A DNA stretch of 64,000 nt from an uncultured Gammaproteobacteria bacterium (GTDB lineage: Bacteria > Pseudomonadota > Gammaproteobacteria > Xanthomonadales > SZUA-36): NCBI GenBank assembly GCA_963766195.1, contig CAVXYY010000018.1, positions 81,753-145,752 on the forward strand, read 5' to 3'. Positions 1 through 10,560 of the stretch are shown piece after piece. The notes under the pieces were generated by a model, which was not told the origin of the DNA, made no database searches, and was given only the letters and a program-made list of their open reading frames with translations. Numbering within the stretch: the stretch's first letter is position 1; each line of letters starts with the position of its first letter. The translations under genes and the position numbers were made by a program.

Positions 1-808
1 CCTGCTGTGCGCCTATGCCTCGCACGGTGATACCCGGCACCCGCTCCTTTTTCCTTCCGATCCGCGCGAGTGCTTTGAAATGGCAGTGGCGGCTTTTGAC
101 CTGGCGGAACGGCTGCAAACCCCGGTTTTCATGCTGTCCGACCTGGATATCGGCATGAATGACTGGATGGTTCCCGAACTCAGTTGGGACGACAGCTACC
201 GCCATGACCGGGGAAAGGTTCTGGGTCCGGAGGATCTGGCAAAAATGGAACGTTTCGTCCGTTACCTGGATGTGGACGGTGACGGCATCACCTACCGTAC
301 CCTTCCGGGCGAAGACCCCAAGGGCGCCTATTTCGTGCGCGGGTCAGGCCACAACCGCTATGGCGCCTATACCGAAAATCCTGACGAATACCAGGACGTG
401 ATGGACCGCTTGCTGGTGAAATGGGAAACGGCGAAGACCCTGGTTCCCAACGCCCTGCTGAGCAAGGCTGAGCGACCGACAAACCTCGGTATCGTCGCTT
501 TTGGCAGTTCCGACGGCGCCGTCATCGAAGCACGTGACAGGCTGGCGGCGCAGGGCATTCACATGGATTACCTGCGAATCAGGGCCTTTCCATTCACTCA
601 GGAAGTGGTCGAATTCCTGCGCTCCCACGACACGAATTTCGTCGTGGAACAGAATCGTGACGGCCAGATGAAGGCACTTTTGATGTTGGAAGCCAATGAT
701 ATCGCCGACAGACTGGTTTCCATACGGCATTACAACGGGCTGCCCATACCCAGCGCATGTGTCGTGCAGGGTGTTATCGCTCACGTCCAAAAGGAGACAG
801 CAGCATGA
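1..808 (+). CDS. korA: 2-oxoacid:ferredoxin oxidoreductase alpha subunit, C-terminal part (5' end outside window)
   Basis: Frame 2 is open from nt 2 (LLCAYASHGDTRHPLLFPSDPRECFEMAVAAFDLAERLQTPV...), which is typical of KorA-type alpha subunits. The stop TGA at 806-808 overlaps the ATG of the beta-subunit gene (ATGA). Confidence 0.8.
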   Translation, partial: LLCAYASHGDTRHPLLFPSDPRECFEMAVAAFDLAERLQTPVFMLSDLDIGMNDWMVPELSWDDSYRHDRGKVLGPEDLAKMERFVRYLDVDGDGITYRTLPGEDPKGAYFVRGSGHNRYGAYTENPDEYQDVMDRLLVKWETAKTLVPNALLSKAERPTNLGIVAFGSSDGAVIEARDRLAAQGIHMDYLRIRAFPFTQEVVEFLRSHDTNFVVEQNRDGQMKALLMLEANDIADRLVSIRHYNGLPIPSACVVQGVIAHVQKETAA

Positions 809-1857
809 CGTACGCCAGGCCAAAAATTGATTTACCCGGCCAGAAAGTCAATGCGCTCGGGCTGGCCCAGCGGGATTACGAGGGCGCCTTGTCGACGTTG
901 TGCGCGGGCTGTGGCCACGATTCGATCACTGCTGCACTGGTTCAGGCCCTGTGGGAAATGTCGATCGCGCCCGAACAGCTGATCAAGATGTCGGGCATCG
1001 GTTGTTCGTCCAAGACCCCGGCCTATTTCGTCCATGGAGCGCACGGTTTCAATTCGGTTCACGGTCGTATGCCCTCGGTGGCCACCGGGGCGCTTGCAGG
1101 AAATCGCAACCTGATCGGAATTGGCGTGTCTGGTGACGGCGATTCCCTGTCGATCGGCTTTGGACAGTTTGGTCACGTGATCCGCCGGAACGTGAACATG
1201 CTCTACCTGATCGAGAACAACGGCGTTTACGGCCTGACCAAGGGGCAGTTTTCAGCATCAGCAGACGCCGGCAGTACGTCGAAAAAAGGCACGGTCAACC
1301 AGATGCAGAACATCAATACGGTCGCAACAGCCATATCCATGGGCGCCAGTTTTGTCGCCCGCAGTTTTTCCGGCGACCGCGAGCAACTGGTGCCGCTGAT
1401 CAAGGCTGCCATCGCACATCCCGGCTGCGCCGTGGTGGATGTGTTCTCTCCCTGTGTCACGTTCAACGATCACGAAGGCTCAACCAAGAGTTACGCCTAT
1501 ACCCGCGCGCATAAACACGCCGCCACGGAGACCGACCTGATTCCGCCACGCGCTGAAATCAAGGCCAGCTATTATGCGGGTGATGCGCACCCGGTCCGCT
1601 TGCACGACGGATCGACCATCCTGTTGAGAAAAGTCGATCCGGACTATGACCCGACGCGCCGGAACAATGCGCTGGGTTACCTCGAAAGGCAGCGTACCCG
1701 GGGCGAGATTGTCACCGGGCTCCTTTTCATCGACCAGAATGTACCGGATATGCACGAGCAGTCCCGCACGGTTGCTACGCCGCTGAAGGACCTGGAGTTT
1801 GAAAAGCTCATTCCAGGCAGCAAGGCGATGGCCGAACTGCAAAAAGCAATGCGTTGA
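805..1857 (+). CDS. korB: 2-oxoacid:ferredoxin oxidoreductase beta subunit (ThDP-binding)
   Basis: AAGGAG lies 8 nt upstream of the ATG at 805 (MTYARPK...). Contains the CAGCGHDSI and GDGDSLSIG ThDP-binding motifs and is translationally coupled to korA. The tracked ORF start at 757 is an upstream extension. Confidence 0.85.
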   Translation: MTYARPKIDLPGQKVNALGLAQRDYEGALSTLCAGCGHDSITAALVQALWEMSIAPEQLIKMSGIGCSSKTPAYFVHGAHGFNSVHGRMPSVATGALAGNRNLIGIGVSGDGDSLSIGFGQFGHVIRRNVNMLYLIENNGVYGLTKGQFSASADAGSTSKKGTVNQMQNINTVATAISMGASFVARSFSGDREQLVPLIKAAIAHPGCAVVDVFSPCVTFNDHEGSTKSYAYTRAHKHAATETDLIPPRAEIKASYYAGDAHPVRLHDGSTILLRKVDPDYDPTRRNNALGYLERQRTRGEIVTGLLFIDQNVPDMHEQSRTVATPLKDLEFEKLIPGSKAMAELQKAMR

Positions 1858-1952
1858 GAAGTGCTTGGCACTTAAGCACTTAGCCCTTAGTATTACTTGT
1901 TTGGGTCCGCGGTTTTTCCGTGATCCGACCAATGAAATCGTGAGGGTTCCCC

Positions 1953-3617
1953 ATGTGCTCGATATTCGGCGTCCTGGAAATACGCCAGGACCTCCAGACA
2001 GTGCGGAAGCTGGCGCTCCAGCAGTCACGCCTGCTGCGGCATCGCGGCCCCGACTGGAGCGGTGTTTATACGACTGACAAGGCGGTGCTGGCGCACGAGC
2101 GTTTGGCCATTGTCGACGTCAACACCGGCGCCCAGCCGATCCTGAGTGAAAGCGGCCGTCAGGCTCTGGCCGTCAACGGTGAAATCTACAACCACCTTCC
2201 GATCCGCGAAACGTTTGCCGGCCGGTATGCATTCCGCACCGAGTCGGATTGCGAAGTCATTCTGCCGCTGTATCTCGAGCACGGGACGGATTTCCTTGAA
2301 CAGCTGACTGGCATGTACGCTTTCTGCCTGTACGACGAGGACAAGGACTTCTGGATGATGGCGCGGGACCCGATTGGCATCATTCCGCTGTACTATGGCT
2401 ATGATGCAAACGGCCAGTTATTCGTTGCCTCCGAAATGAAGGCCCTGGTGGACGTGTGCAACCAGGTGCACGAGTTTCCGCCGGGACATTACTGGTGTTC
2501 CGGCCAGTCGGCACCCGAAAAGTGGTACCGGCGGGATTGGGAAGACTTTGACGCGGTCAAGGATGCTGTGACCGATCGGCAAGCCGTGCATGACGCCCTT
2601 GAAAGTGCCGTGGTCAGTCACCTGATGACGGACGTGCCGTACGGGGTTCTGCTTTCCGGCGGCCTGGACTCTTCCATCACCGCCGCCCTGGCCGCCAGGC
2701 ACGCCGCCATGCGCGTGGAAGACCATGAGCAGAGTCCGGCCTGGTGGCCGCGACTGCACTCGTTCGCTATCGGCCTGGAAGGTTCCCCTGACCTCGCTGC
2801 TGCGCAGAAAGCGGCCGAGCACATCGGCACGGTGCACCATGGCTTTATCTTTACCATCCAGGAAGGTCTTGATGCGCTGGAGGAGGTCATTTATCACCTG
2901 GAAACCTACGACGTGACGACCATCCGGGCGGCGACCCCGATGTTCCTGATGGCGCGCAAGATCCGGGCAATGGGCATCAAGATGGTGCTGTCGGGAGAAG
3001 GCGCCGACGAAATTTTCGGTGGCTACCTGTATTTCCACAAGGCGCCGAACGCACGTGCGTTTCACGAGGAAACAGTGCGTAAACTGTCCCGCTTGCACAG
3101 CTACGATTGCCTGCGCGCCAACAAGTCCATGTCAGCCTGGGGCGTGGAAGCCCGCGTGCCTTTCCTCGACAAGGAATTCCTCGATGTGGCCATGCGCATC
3201 AACCCGGCCGACAAGATGATTACCGAAGGAAAGATCGAGAAACAGATTTTGCGCGAAGCGTTCAGCTACCTGCTTCCGGAATCCATCGCCTGGCGGCAGA
3301 AGGAGCAGTTTTCCGACGGCGTGGGCTACGGCTGGATCGACGCAGTGAAAGATTTTACCAGGGAGCATGTCAGCGACGCCGAAATGTCCCGGGCGGCGGG
3401 GCGGTTTCCGTTCAACACTCCGGTTTCCAAGGAAGCATACTGGTTCAGGGAAGTGTTTGAAAAGCACTACCCGCTGGCCTCCGCAGCGCAGACGGTTCCC
3501 GGCGGGCCAACGGTTGCCTGCAGCACACCTGAAGCCGTACTGTGGGACAAGGAACTGCAGCAAATGAACGACCCGTCGGGCCGGGCCATGCGTGCTGTTC
3601 ACAAGGATGCATACTAG
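1953..3617 (+). CDS. asnB: Asparagine synthetase B (glutamine-hydrolysing)
   Basis: N-terminal MCSIFG places the Cys2 nucleophile correctly. The SGGLDSS PP-loop is present, the length is 554 aa, and GAGGG precedes the ATG. Confidence 0.93.
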   Translation: MCSIFGVLEIRQDLQTVRKLALQQSRLLRHRGPDWSGVYTTDKAVLAHERLAIVDVNTGAQPILSESGRQALAVNGEIYNHLPIRETFAGRYAFRTESDCEVILPLYLEHGTDFLEQLTGMYAFCLYDEDKDFWMMARDPIGIIPLYYGYDANGQLFVASEMKALVDVCNQVHEFPPGHYWCSGQSAPEKWYRRDWEDFDAVKDAVTDRQAVHDALESAVVSHLMTDVPYGVLLSGGLDSSITAALAARHAAMRVEDHEQSPAWWPRLHSFAIGLEGSPDLAAAQKAAEHIGTVHHGFIFTIQEGLDALEEVIYHLETYDVTTIRAATPMFLMARKIRAMGIKMVLSGEGADEIFGGYLYFHKAPNARAFHEETVRKLSRLHSYDCLRANKSMSAWGVEARVPFLDKEFLDVAMRINPADKMITEGKIEKQILREAFSYLLPESIAWRQKEQFSDGVGYGWIDAVKDFTREHVSDAEMSRAAGRFPFNTPVSKEAYWFREVFEKHYPLASAAQTVPGGPTVACSTPEAVLWDKELQQMNDPSGRAMRAVHKDAY

Positions 3618-3639
3618 TGTCCTGTAATTAGAGGGAGCT

Positions 3640-6126
3640 TTGTACGTGGGTGATATTCAACAAGGGGCCAGGAAACAACTGGTTCAGAAATTTGGCGGGA
3701 CCTCGCTGGCCGACCTGGTGGGGTTCGAAGCCAGCGCGGACGTGATCGGTCGTTACACGGATCAGTACCAGGTCATCGTCCTGCTGTCCGCTGTCAAGGG
3801 CGTGACGGACCTGCTGCTGGCTGCGATCGACACGGCCGTCGAGGGCGGAGACGGCGCAGCGCACCTTGAAGAAGCGATTGACCGCGAGCGGTCCATTGTC
3901 AGGGACATGGCGGCTAAAGGTATCGCAACCCCGTTGGGTAGCGCCTTCCTGGAAGAACAACACGCCGTGCTCTCGCGCCGCGTCGAGGGTATCAGGCTAT
4001 TGGGCCAGTGCCCGGATGAAACCCGTGCCAGGATCCTGGCCAGTGGCGAAGGTTTCAGCAGCCGCCTGATGGTGGACCTGTTAAACCACCAGGGCTTCAA
4101 GGCGCAATGGTCGGACACCGACGTGCTGCCCCTGGCCAACGAAAGCTGGCTGGATTCCCTGGTCGATATCGAGGCCGCCGCCCCGTTGCTGAAGGAGCGG
4201 TTCGCTGCCGCCAGCCAGGTCATCGTGTTGCCCGGTTTCTATGGCCGCAATGCCCGCGGCGACATCCAGCTGCTCGGACGCAACGGCACCGATTATTCGG
4301 CCGCGGCGATCGCCGCCGCGATCGAAGCTGGCCTGTGCCAGATATGGAAGGACGTGGACGGCTTCTTTACCGCGGACCCGCGCATTGTCAGCAATGCCCG
4401 TTGCCTCGACGAAGTCAGTTACGACGAAGCCATGGAGCTGACCTATTTTGGCGCCAAGGTGATCTCGGCCAAGGCGCTGGCGCCGCTGGCAGCCAATAAC
4501 ATACCGTGCGAAGTGCGCAATACCTACGACCCGTCCAAGCCCGGAACCCTGGTGCACAGTGAAGCCAAACGGTCCCACGTGGTTCGCGGCATCTCCCACC
4601 TGCAGGACGTTTCTTCGATCACCCTGCAGGGTGGCGGACTGCGGGGCAGGGTAGGTATTGCACGCCGCGTAATGGATGCTTTGGCCAGCGAATCGATTTC
4701 CATCCTGTTGATCGTGCAATCGTCATCCGAATACAGCATCACTCTGTGCGTGCGCCAGGCGGACGAGGCAAAAGCGCGAAAAGCGCTCGAGGAGGAATTT
4801 CACTTCGAGCGCCTGCACGGGCTGATCGAAGAAATCGGCGTGCAGAGCAACCGGGCCGTGGTTTCACTGGTCGGTGAGGGCATGAAGCACTACCGCGGTA
4901 TTGCCGCCCGGTTCCTGACGGCTATTTCCTCGGCTGGCGTGAACGTGGAAGTCATCGCCCAGGGTTCAACCGAGTGCGCGATCGCGGTAGTGGTTCGCGG
5001 CGAGGACGCCCAACCGGCGACGCGTGCATGCCATACGGCATTTTTCAGCCATTCTTCGCACATCGATGTGATCCTCATGGGCTGCGGCAACGTCGGTGCG
5101 GAGCTTCTCGACCAGTTCCAACGCCAGGCCAAAACCCTGGTTGACCATCACGTGGATCTGCGTGTCAGGGCGATTGCCAACAGCGAACGGCTGCTGGTCG
5201 CCAGTGATGTCGTGGATCTTTCCTGCTGGAAACAGGCATTGGAAACACAGGGCCAGCCCTGGACCATCCAGGACGTCATCGATATCCGTAAAAAGCTCGG
5301 CCTGCTCAGCCCGACCATCGTCGATTGCACTACGGATCAGAAGCTTGCGCTCGAATACGTCAATCTGCTGGATAACGGGTTCAACATCGTTGCTGCGAAC
5401 AAGAAAGCAAATACTTCCAGTTATGACTATTACGCGGCCATGCGGCAGGCCGAGCGCCGCAACTTCCGCAAATTCCTTTACGAAACAAACGTGGCAGCGG
5501 GCCTGCCCTTCATCGATACCCTGCAGGGCCTGATCCGTTCGGGTGATGAGTTGAGAACGTTCGAGGGCATTCTGTCCGGCTCGCTGTCGATGATTTTCGG
5601 CTTGCTGGAAGACGGCGTACCGTTGTCTTCCGCGGTGGCGAAAGCGATGGAGCTGGGTTACACGGAACCGGACCCGCGTGACGACCTGTCCGGCATGGAT
5701 GTGGCCAGAAAGCTGTTGATCATCGCCCGTGAAGTCGGGTTGAAACTCGAACTCGATGACATCGCCGTGGAGCCGGTGGTACCGATGGAAGTTGTCGGTC
5801 ACGTAGACCGGTCACAGTTGATTGACACGTTGCGGTCGCTGGATGAATCTTTTTCAGCGCGGATTGCACAGGCAGCCGGTAGTGACCGGGTGCTGCGTTA
5901 TGTCGCGCGGCTGGAAGAGGGAAATTGCCGGGTGTCGATCGAGGAAGTTCCCCGCAGCAAGCCCCTCGGCGCCGTTCGTGATGGCGAAAATGCGCTGGTC
6001 ATTCACACGCATTATTACCAGCCGATTCCAATGGTGCTGAGAGGATACGGCGCCGGCGCGGCGGTCACGGCGGCAGGGGTTTTCGGCGATCTGCTGAGAA
6101 CCGTCTGGCGCCCCCTGGATCGCTGA
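3640..6126 (+). CDS. thrA: Bifunctional aspartokinase / homoserine dehydrogenase
   Basis: KFGGTSLA kinase N-terminus, ACT region and C-terminal homoserine dehydrogenase domain, about 825 aa. The ORF opens with TTG at 3640. GTG at 3646 has better spacing to GAGGGAG (3631-3637), so the true start may be 3646. Confidence 0.93.
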   Translation: MYVGDIQQGARKQLVQKFGGTSLADLVGFEASADVIGRYTDQYQVIVLLSAVKGVTDLLLAAIDTAVEGGDGAAHLEEAIDRERSIVRDMAAKGIATPLGSAFLEEQHAVLSRRVEGIRLLGQCPDETRARILASGEGFSSRLMVDLLNHQGFKAQWSDTDVLPLANESWLDSLVDIEAAAPLLKERFAAASQVIVLPGFYGRNARGDIQLLGRNGTDYSAAAIAAAIEAGLCQIWKDVDGFFTADPRIVSNARCLDEVSYDEAMELTYFGAKVISAKALAPLAANNIPCEVRNTYDPSKPGTLVHSEAKRSHVVRGISHLQDVSSITLQGGGLRGRVGIARRVMDALASESISILLIVQSSSEYSITLCVRQADEAKARKALEEEFHFERLHGLIEEIGVQSNRAVVSLVGEGMKHYRGIAARFLTAISSAGVNVEVIAQGSTECAIAVVVRGEDAQPATRACHTAFFSHSSHIDVILMGCGNVGAELLDQFQRQAKTLVDHHVDLRVRAIANSERLLVASDVVDLSCWKQALETQGQPWTIQDVIDIRKKLGLLSPTIVDCTTDQKLALEYVNLLDNGFNIVAANKKANTSSYDYYAAMRQAERRNFRKFLYETNVAAGLPFIDTLQGLIRSGDELRTFEGILSGSLSMIFGLLEDGVPLSSAVAKAMELGYTEPDPRDDLSGMDVARKLLIIAREVGLKLELDDIAVEPVVPMEVVGHVDRSQLIDTLRSLDESFSARIAQAAGSDRVLRYVARLEEGNCRVSIEEVPRSKPLGAVRDGENALVIHTHYYQPIPMVLRGYGAGAAVTAAGVFGDLLRTVWRPLDR

Positions 6127-7106
6127 TGGTCAGTACCCTGTCGGTATACGCACCCGCCTCGATCGGCAACCTGTCGGTCGGTTTTGACTCGCTCGGATTG
6201 GCCCTTGCGCCGGTCGATGGTTCGCTGCTGGGTGACCGGATCCGGCTCCGGTCATTCACTGGCGACAAAGACGGGAGCGAGTGGAAGCTGGAACTGCAAG
6301 GGCCGTTTGCGGCGGATTTGCCGGCTGATCCGGAACAAAATGTCGTCATTTCCTGCTGCCGGGCCTTCCAGGATGCGGCGGCGGAAAAAGGCGTGGAAAT
6401 CCGTCCGCTGCGGATTCTGCTGGACAAGAGACTGCCGATAGGCAGCGGCCTGGGTTCGAGCGCGAGCTCGATCGTGGCCGCACTGGAGGCATTGAATCGC
6501 TGGCATGATCACTTGCTCAGCAGTCGGGAGCTTTTCCGCCTGATGGCCCGGATGGAAGGCGGCATCAGCGGTGAAATTCATCTCGATAATGTCGCACCCT
6601 GTTTATATGGCGGTTTGCGGCTTTGTCCGCCGGGGGACTACCGGGAATATCCTCTGCCCTGGCCTGCCGCCTGGCGCGCCGTGGTTTGCTGGCCCGGCAC
6701 CCAGCTCATCACGCGGGAAGCCCGGGCCGTGCTGCCGGAAAAAGTGCCCAGTAAACTGGCGGTGCGTTTCGGGGCGCAATTTGCCGAGTTTGTGCATGCC
6801 CTCCACACGGGAAACGTAAAACGCGCCGCCGAATGCGTGGTGGATCACATTGCCGAGCCACACCGGCGCAAATTGTTACCCGGTTTTGACGAAGCGAAAG
6901 CCGCCTTGAGCGGAATCGGCGCGCTGGCCGTGGGTATTTCCGGTTCCGGACCGACCATCTTCGCACTGGTGGATGACCCGGCGGTCGCCGCAAAAGCCGC
7001 AGCCTGGATGGCTGAAAACTACTGCAAAAATGAACAGGGTTTCGTGCACATTTGCCGGGCTGATCTTGGCGGAGCGCGCAGCATCAGGATGGAGGGGCCG
7101 GGTTAG
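6126..7106 (+). CDS. thrB: Homoserine kinase
   Basis: N-terminus VYAPASIGNLSVGFDSLG and the GHMP motif PIGSGLGSSASS. The ATG overlaps the thrA stop (TGATG). Confidence 0.92.
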   Translation: MVSTLSVYAPASIGNLSVGFDSLGLALAPVDGSLLGDRIRLRSFTGDKDGSEWKLELQGPFAADLPADPEQNVVISCCRAFQDAAAEKGVEIRPLRILLDKRLPIGSGLGSSASSIVAALEALNRWHDHLLSSRELFRLMARMEGGISGEIHLDNVAPCLYGGLRLCPPGDYREYPLPWPAAWRAVVCWPGTQLITREARAVLPEKVPSKLAVRFGAQFAEFVHALHTGNVKRAAECVVDHIAEPHRRKLLPGFDEAKAALSGIGALAVGISGSGPTIFALVDDPAVAAKAAAWMAENYCKNEQGFVHICRADLGGARSIRMEGPG

Positions 7107-8386
7107 TGCAATTGATCAACATCAAGCACAACAGCGAGCAAGTGAGCTTCCGGCAGGCCGTGCTGCAGGGCCTGGGGCGGGACCAGGGGTTGTTTTTCCC
7201 GCGGGAATTCACCGTGCTGCCTGATGCACCGGACCTGTTGCAGGAATCGTTTGTTCCCCGCAGCATCGCGGTCCTGGATCACCTGGTCGGTGATGAAATC
7301 GGTCACGCAGCGGTCCGGTCGATGGTTACTTCGGCGTTTGATTTTCCGGTGGCAGTGCCTGCGCTGGATGATCAGGTAAGTGCGCTGGAACTGTTTCACG
7401 GACCGTCACTGGCGTTCAAGGATTTTGGCGCCCGCTTCATGGCGCGCTGCCTGCTGGAGTTTCACGATGGCGGGCCGATGACGATTCTTACTGCCACCTC
7501 GGGTGATACCGGCGCGGCCGTCGCGCACGCTTTCTTCAACCAGCCGGGCATCCGCGTCGTCATTCTTTACCCCAGGGGGAAAATCTCGCCGCTGCAGGAA
7601 AAATTGTTCTGTACGCTGGGTGGGAATGTCACGACCATCGCGGTGGATTCGGATTTTGACACGTGCCAGCAACTGGTCAAGCGGTCCTTCGAAGACGAAG
7701 AACTCAAGCAGGACCTGGGACTCAATTCTGCCAACTCCATCAACATTGCCCGCCTGCTGGCCCAGGTTTGCTATTACTTCGAAGCAGGCGCCGCGGTGGC
7801 GGATGTTGGAAAAATGGTGCTCAGCGTGCCGAGTGGCAATTTCGGTAACGTCACGGCCGGCTTGATCGCCCGCCGGATCGGCCTCGGGTACAAACGGGTC
7901 ATCGCTGCAACCAACATCAACGATACGGTTCCCAGGTTCCTTGCCTCCGGCCGCTGGGACCCCAACCCCACCGTCGCCACGATCACCAATGCGATGGACG
8001 TTTCGCTGCCGAACAACTTCCCGCGCGTCCTGGAGCTTGGAGAGCGCCACGGACTGCCGCTGGAAACGCTGTTGTCATCGACCTCCCTGGATGATGACGA
8101 AACCGCCTCGGCAATCCGTGAACTGTATTCCATGGGTTACCTGGCTGACCCGCACTCGGCGCTGGCCTGGGCCGCCCTGGATGCTTCTTTGCAGGATGAC
8201 GAGGAAGGCGTTTTCCTGTGCACCGCTCACCCCGCCAAGTTTCTCGAAACCATGGAAGCAACGCTGGGAGTCCGGATCCCGATTCCACCGGAGTTAGCGG
8301 CGGTGCAGAATGAGGCGGTTTTGTCCAGCACCATCAGCGGGGATTTCGAGGCACTGAAACGGGAACTCGAACCGCTGCGGAAATAA
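7106..8386 (+). CDS. thrC: Threonine synthase
   Basis: The GTG start overlaps the thrB stop (TAGTG). Contains the PLP-lysine region PSLAFKDFG, is 426 aa long, and completes the thrABC order. Confidence 0.92.
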   Translation: MQLINIKHNSEQVSFRQAVLQGLGRDQGLFFPREFTVLPDAPDLLQESFVPRSIAVLDHLVGDEIGHAAVRSMVTSAFDFPVAVPALDDQVSALELFHGPSLAFKDFGARFMARCLLEFHDGGPMTILTATSGDTGAAVAHAFFNQPGIRVVILYPRGKISPLQEKLFCTLGGNVTTIAVDSDFDTCQQLVKRSFEDEELKQDLGLNSANSINIARLLAQVCYYFEAGAAVADVGKMVLSVPSGNFGNVTAGLIARRIGLGYKRVIAATNINDTVPRFLASGRWDPNPTVATITNAMDVSLPNNFPRVLELGERHGLPLETLLSSTSLDDDETASAIRELYSMGYLADPHSALAWAALDASLQDDEEGVFLCTAHPAKFLETMEATLGVRIPIPPELAAVQNEAVLSSTISGDFEALKRELEPLRK

Positions 8387-8418
8387 ACCCCGGTCGCAGC
8401 CATTTACGGGAGAGATCC

Positions 8419-10428
8419 ATGCGCCCTGTTCCATCCCCCAGGTTTGGCCCCGCCTTGCTGGTATCGACCTGGCTGGTTCTTTTTAGCGCCGGAGTATCGG
8501 CGGATGAGGTCCGCGCTTACGAATGGCTGACTGCTGGCAAGGTCTCCGGCCAGCTGGTTCTGACCTTGCGTGAAGATGGTGCCCGGTTATCCGATTTCGA
8601 ATTCAATGACCGCGGGCGCGGCCCGAAAATTCACGAACTGATCGAAACCGGTGAAAACGGCGCAGTAGTTTCGATGCAGATCAGTGGGAATTCCTACATG
8701 GGTGCGCCGGTGGATGAGCGTTTCCGCATTACGGACGGAATCGCGCGCTGGCAAAGTACCTTCGAAAAGGGCGAGGCGCCGGCGGGGCCGTTTTACTGGG
8801 CCAATGAAGGCACACCGGAACAACTGGCGCAGCTGGCACGCTCATTGCTGGCGTCGGACGCCGGGCAACAGGATCTGCTGCCGTCCGGCCATGCCTCCAT
8901 CCGGAAGGTCGCTGTACATGACAATGCCGTCCTCTATGCGATCTCCGGACTTGACCTGGTTCCTCAATATGTCTGGCTGGACCCGCAGGGTGAATTGTTC
9001 GCCATAGCCTTGGGCGGGATGGGCCTGGTGCGGCAAGGCTACCGGGAAATATTGCCCGATTTACAGCAGATCCAGGACGCGGAAGACAGGAACCGTCAAC
9101 GCGATCTGGCCCAATCCCTGACCCATGAATTGCCGGCCAACTGGATCATCCGCAACGTATCTGTCGTCGACGTTGAGAGCGGCACACTAAAGCCGCACCA
9201 GTTGGTTGCGGTGATTGACGGCCGGATTGCGCGCGTTGTCGATGACGAAGGGCTGGACTTGCCGGTTTACGGCGACCTGCAGCCGAAAATCATCGACGGC
9301 CAGGGTTTGACGCTGATTCCGGGCTTGTGGGATATGCACACCCATCTCACGATGGAAGACGGCTTGCTGCACATTGCCGCGGGCGTGACGAATGTGCGAG
9401 ACCTCGGCAATGATCCGCCCCGGCTGGTTGAAATCCGGGCCGCTTTCGATGCGGGCGAAGTTATCGGCCCGCGTTCGACGGCGGCAGGGTTTATCGACGG
9501 CAAAAGCCCTTACTCGGCGCCCACTCCCAACCTGGTGGAAAACCTGGAAGAGGCATTGGTCCTGGTCGATGAATTCGCTGCGGCGGGTGTTCCGCAGGTC
9601 AAGATCTATTCCTCTATGGATCCTGCCTGGGTGAAGCCGCTTGCGGACGAAATTCACCGCAAGGGCATGCGCCTTTCCGGCCACATCCCCTCGTACATGA
9701 GCGCTCAACAGGCGGTGACCGACGGCTTCGACGAGATTCAACATGTCAATATGCTGTTTCTGAATTTCCTGGCCGGTCCGGAAGACGATACCCGCACACC
9801 ACTCAGGTTCACGCTGGTGGCTGAAAATGCCGGCGGCATGGATCTTGATTCACCCCGGGTACAGGAGTTCATCGCCCTGTTGAAGGACCGGGGCGTCGTC
9901 GTTGATCCCACGGTTGCGGTTTTCGACAGCATGTTCCGTCACCGTTCAGGAGAACTTGATCCTTCGTACGCCATGATCGCAGACCATATGCCGCCCTCGG
10001 TCAGGCGCGGCATGCTGGCCGGCGAACTGGACATCAGCGACGCCAACGCTGCCGTCTACACCCGCTCGGCTGATGCCCTGCTGGAAATGATCGCGAAACT
10101 GCACGCCGCCGGTGTGCCGCTGGTCGCGGGCACGGATGGAATGGCGGGTTTTACGCTGCACCGTGAACTTGAGCTGTACCGCCAGGCTGGAATTCCTGAT
10201 GGCGACGTGCTGAAGATCGCCACGCTTGACGCCGCCGGGGTCGCTCGGAGGGCGGCAGACAGCGGGTCAATCAGCGCCGGCAAGGAGGCTGATTTCGTGT
10301 TGTTGGCCGGTAACCCGCTCGAAGACATCACCGCTGTCCGGAGGCCGGTTGCGGTGTTCAAAGGGGATCGTTGGTTCGATCCTGCACAGATTTACGAGGC
10401 GCTGGGTATTCGGCCGTTTACCCGCTGA
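8419..10428 (+). CDS. Exported amidohydrolase-family metallohydrolase with an extra ~270-aa N-terminal domain
   Basis: Signal-peptide-like N-terminus (LLVSTWLVLFSAGVSADE) and the metal-binding motif PGLWDMHTHL. The C-terminal GTDG...GKEADFVLL pattern fits the amidohydrolase superfamily. GGGAGAG RBS. Confidence 0.75.
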   Translation: MRPVPSPRFGPALLVSTWLVLFSAGVSADEVRAYEWLTAGKVSGQLVLTLREDGARLSDFEFNDRGRGPKIHELIETGENGAVVSMQISGNSYMGAPVDERFRITDGIARWQSTFEKGEAPAGPFYWANEGTPEQLAQLARSLLASDAGQQDLLPSGHASIRKVAVHDNAVLYAISGLDLVPQYVWLDPQGELFAIALGGMGLVRQGYREILPDLQQIQDAEDRNRQRDLAQSLTHELPANWIIRNVSVVDVESGTLKPHQLVAVIDGRIARVVDDEGLDLPVYGDLQPKIIDGQGLTLIPGLWDMHTHLTMEDGLLHIAAGVTNVRDLGNDPPRLVEIRAAFDAGEVIGPRSTAAGFIDGKSPYSAPTPNLVENLEEALVLVDEFAAAGVPQVKIYSSMDPAWVKPLADEIHRKGMRLSGHIPSYMSAQQAVTDGFDEIQHVNMLFLNFLAGPEDDTRTPLRFTLVAENAGGMDLDSPRVQEFIALLKDRGVVVDPTVAVFDSMFRHRSGELDPSYAMIADHMPPSVRRGMLAGELDISDANAAVYTRSADALLEMIAKLHAAGVPLVAGTDGMAGFTLHRELELYRQAGIPDGDVLKIATLDAAGVARRAADSGSISAGKEADFVLLAGNPLEDITAVRRPVAVFKGDRWFDPAQIYEALGIRPFTR

Positions 10429-10560
10429 CCGGCGGGGAGCGGGCCTTTACGGGCGCCGGTAAAGTTGCTGTCACGCCTGTGTATAATCAATCAGCCGTTC
10501 CTTGGAATGATGACAGGGAGTTTTAGCGCCTGAACAGGCGCAAAGGATGAGGAAAAACCA

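Noticed and set aside
1859-1881. 8-bp hairpin AAGTGCTT-ggcactt-AAGCACTT after korB as a terminator
   Set aside because: No U-run follows it, and asnB starts about 70 nt downstream. It may be a weak pause or processing site, but the evidence is insufficient for a terminator call.
10429-10560. Possible Mg-sensing riboswitch (M-box) upstream of mgtE
   Set aside because: The region is only about 130 nt, with two small hairpins. I could not recognise M-box conserved cores, and M-box elements are mainly a Firmicutes feature. I treat it as an ordinary 5' region.
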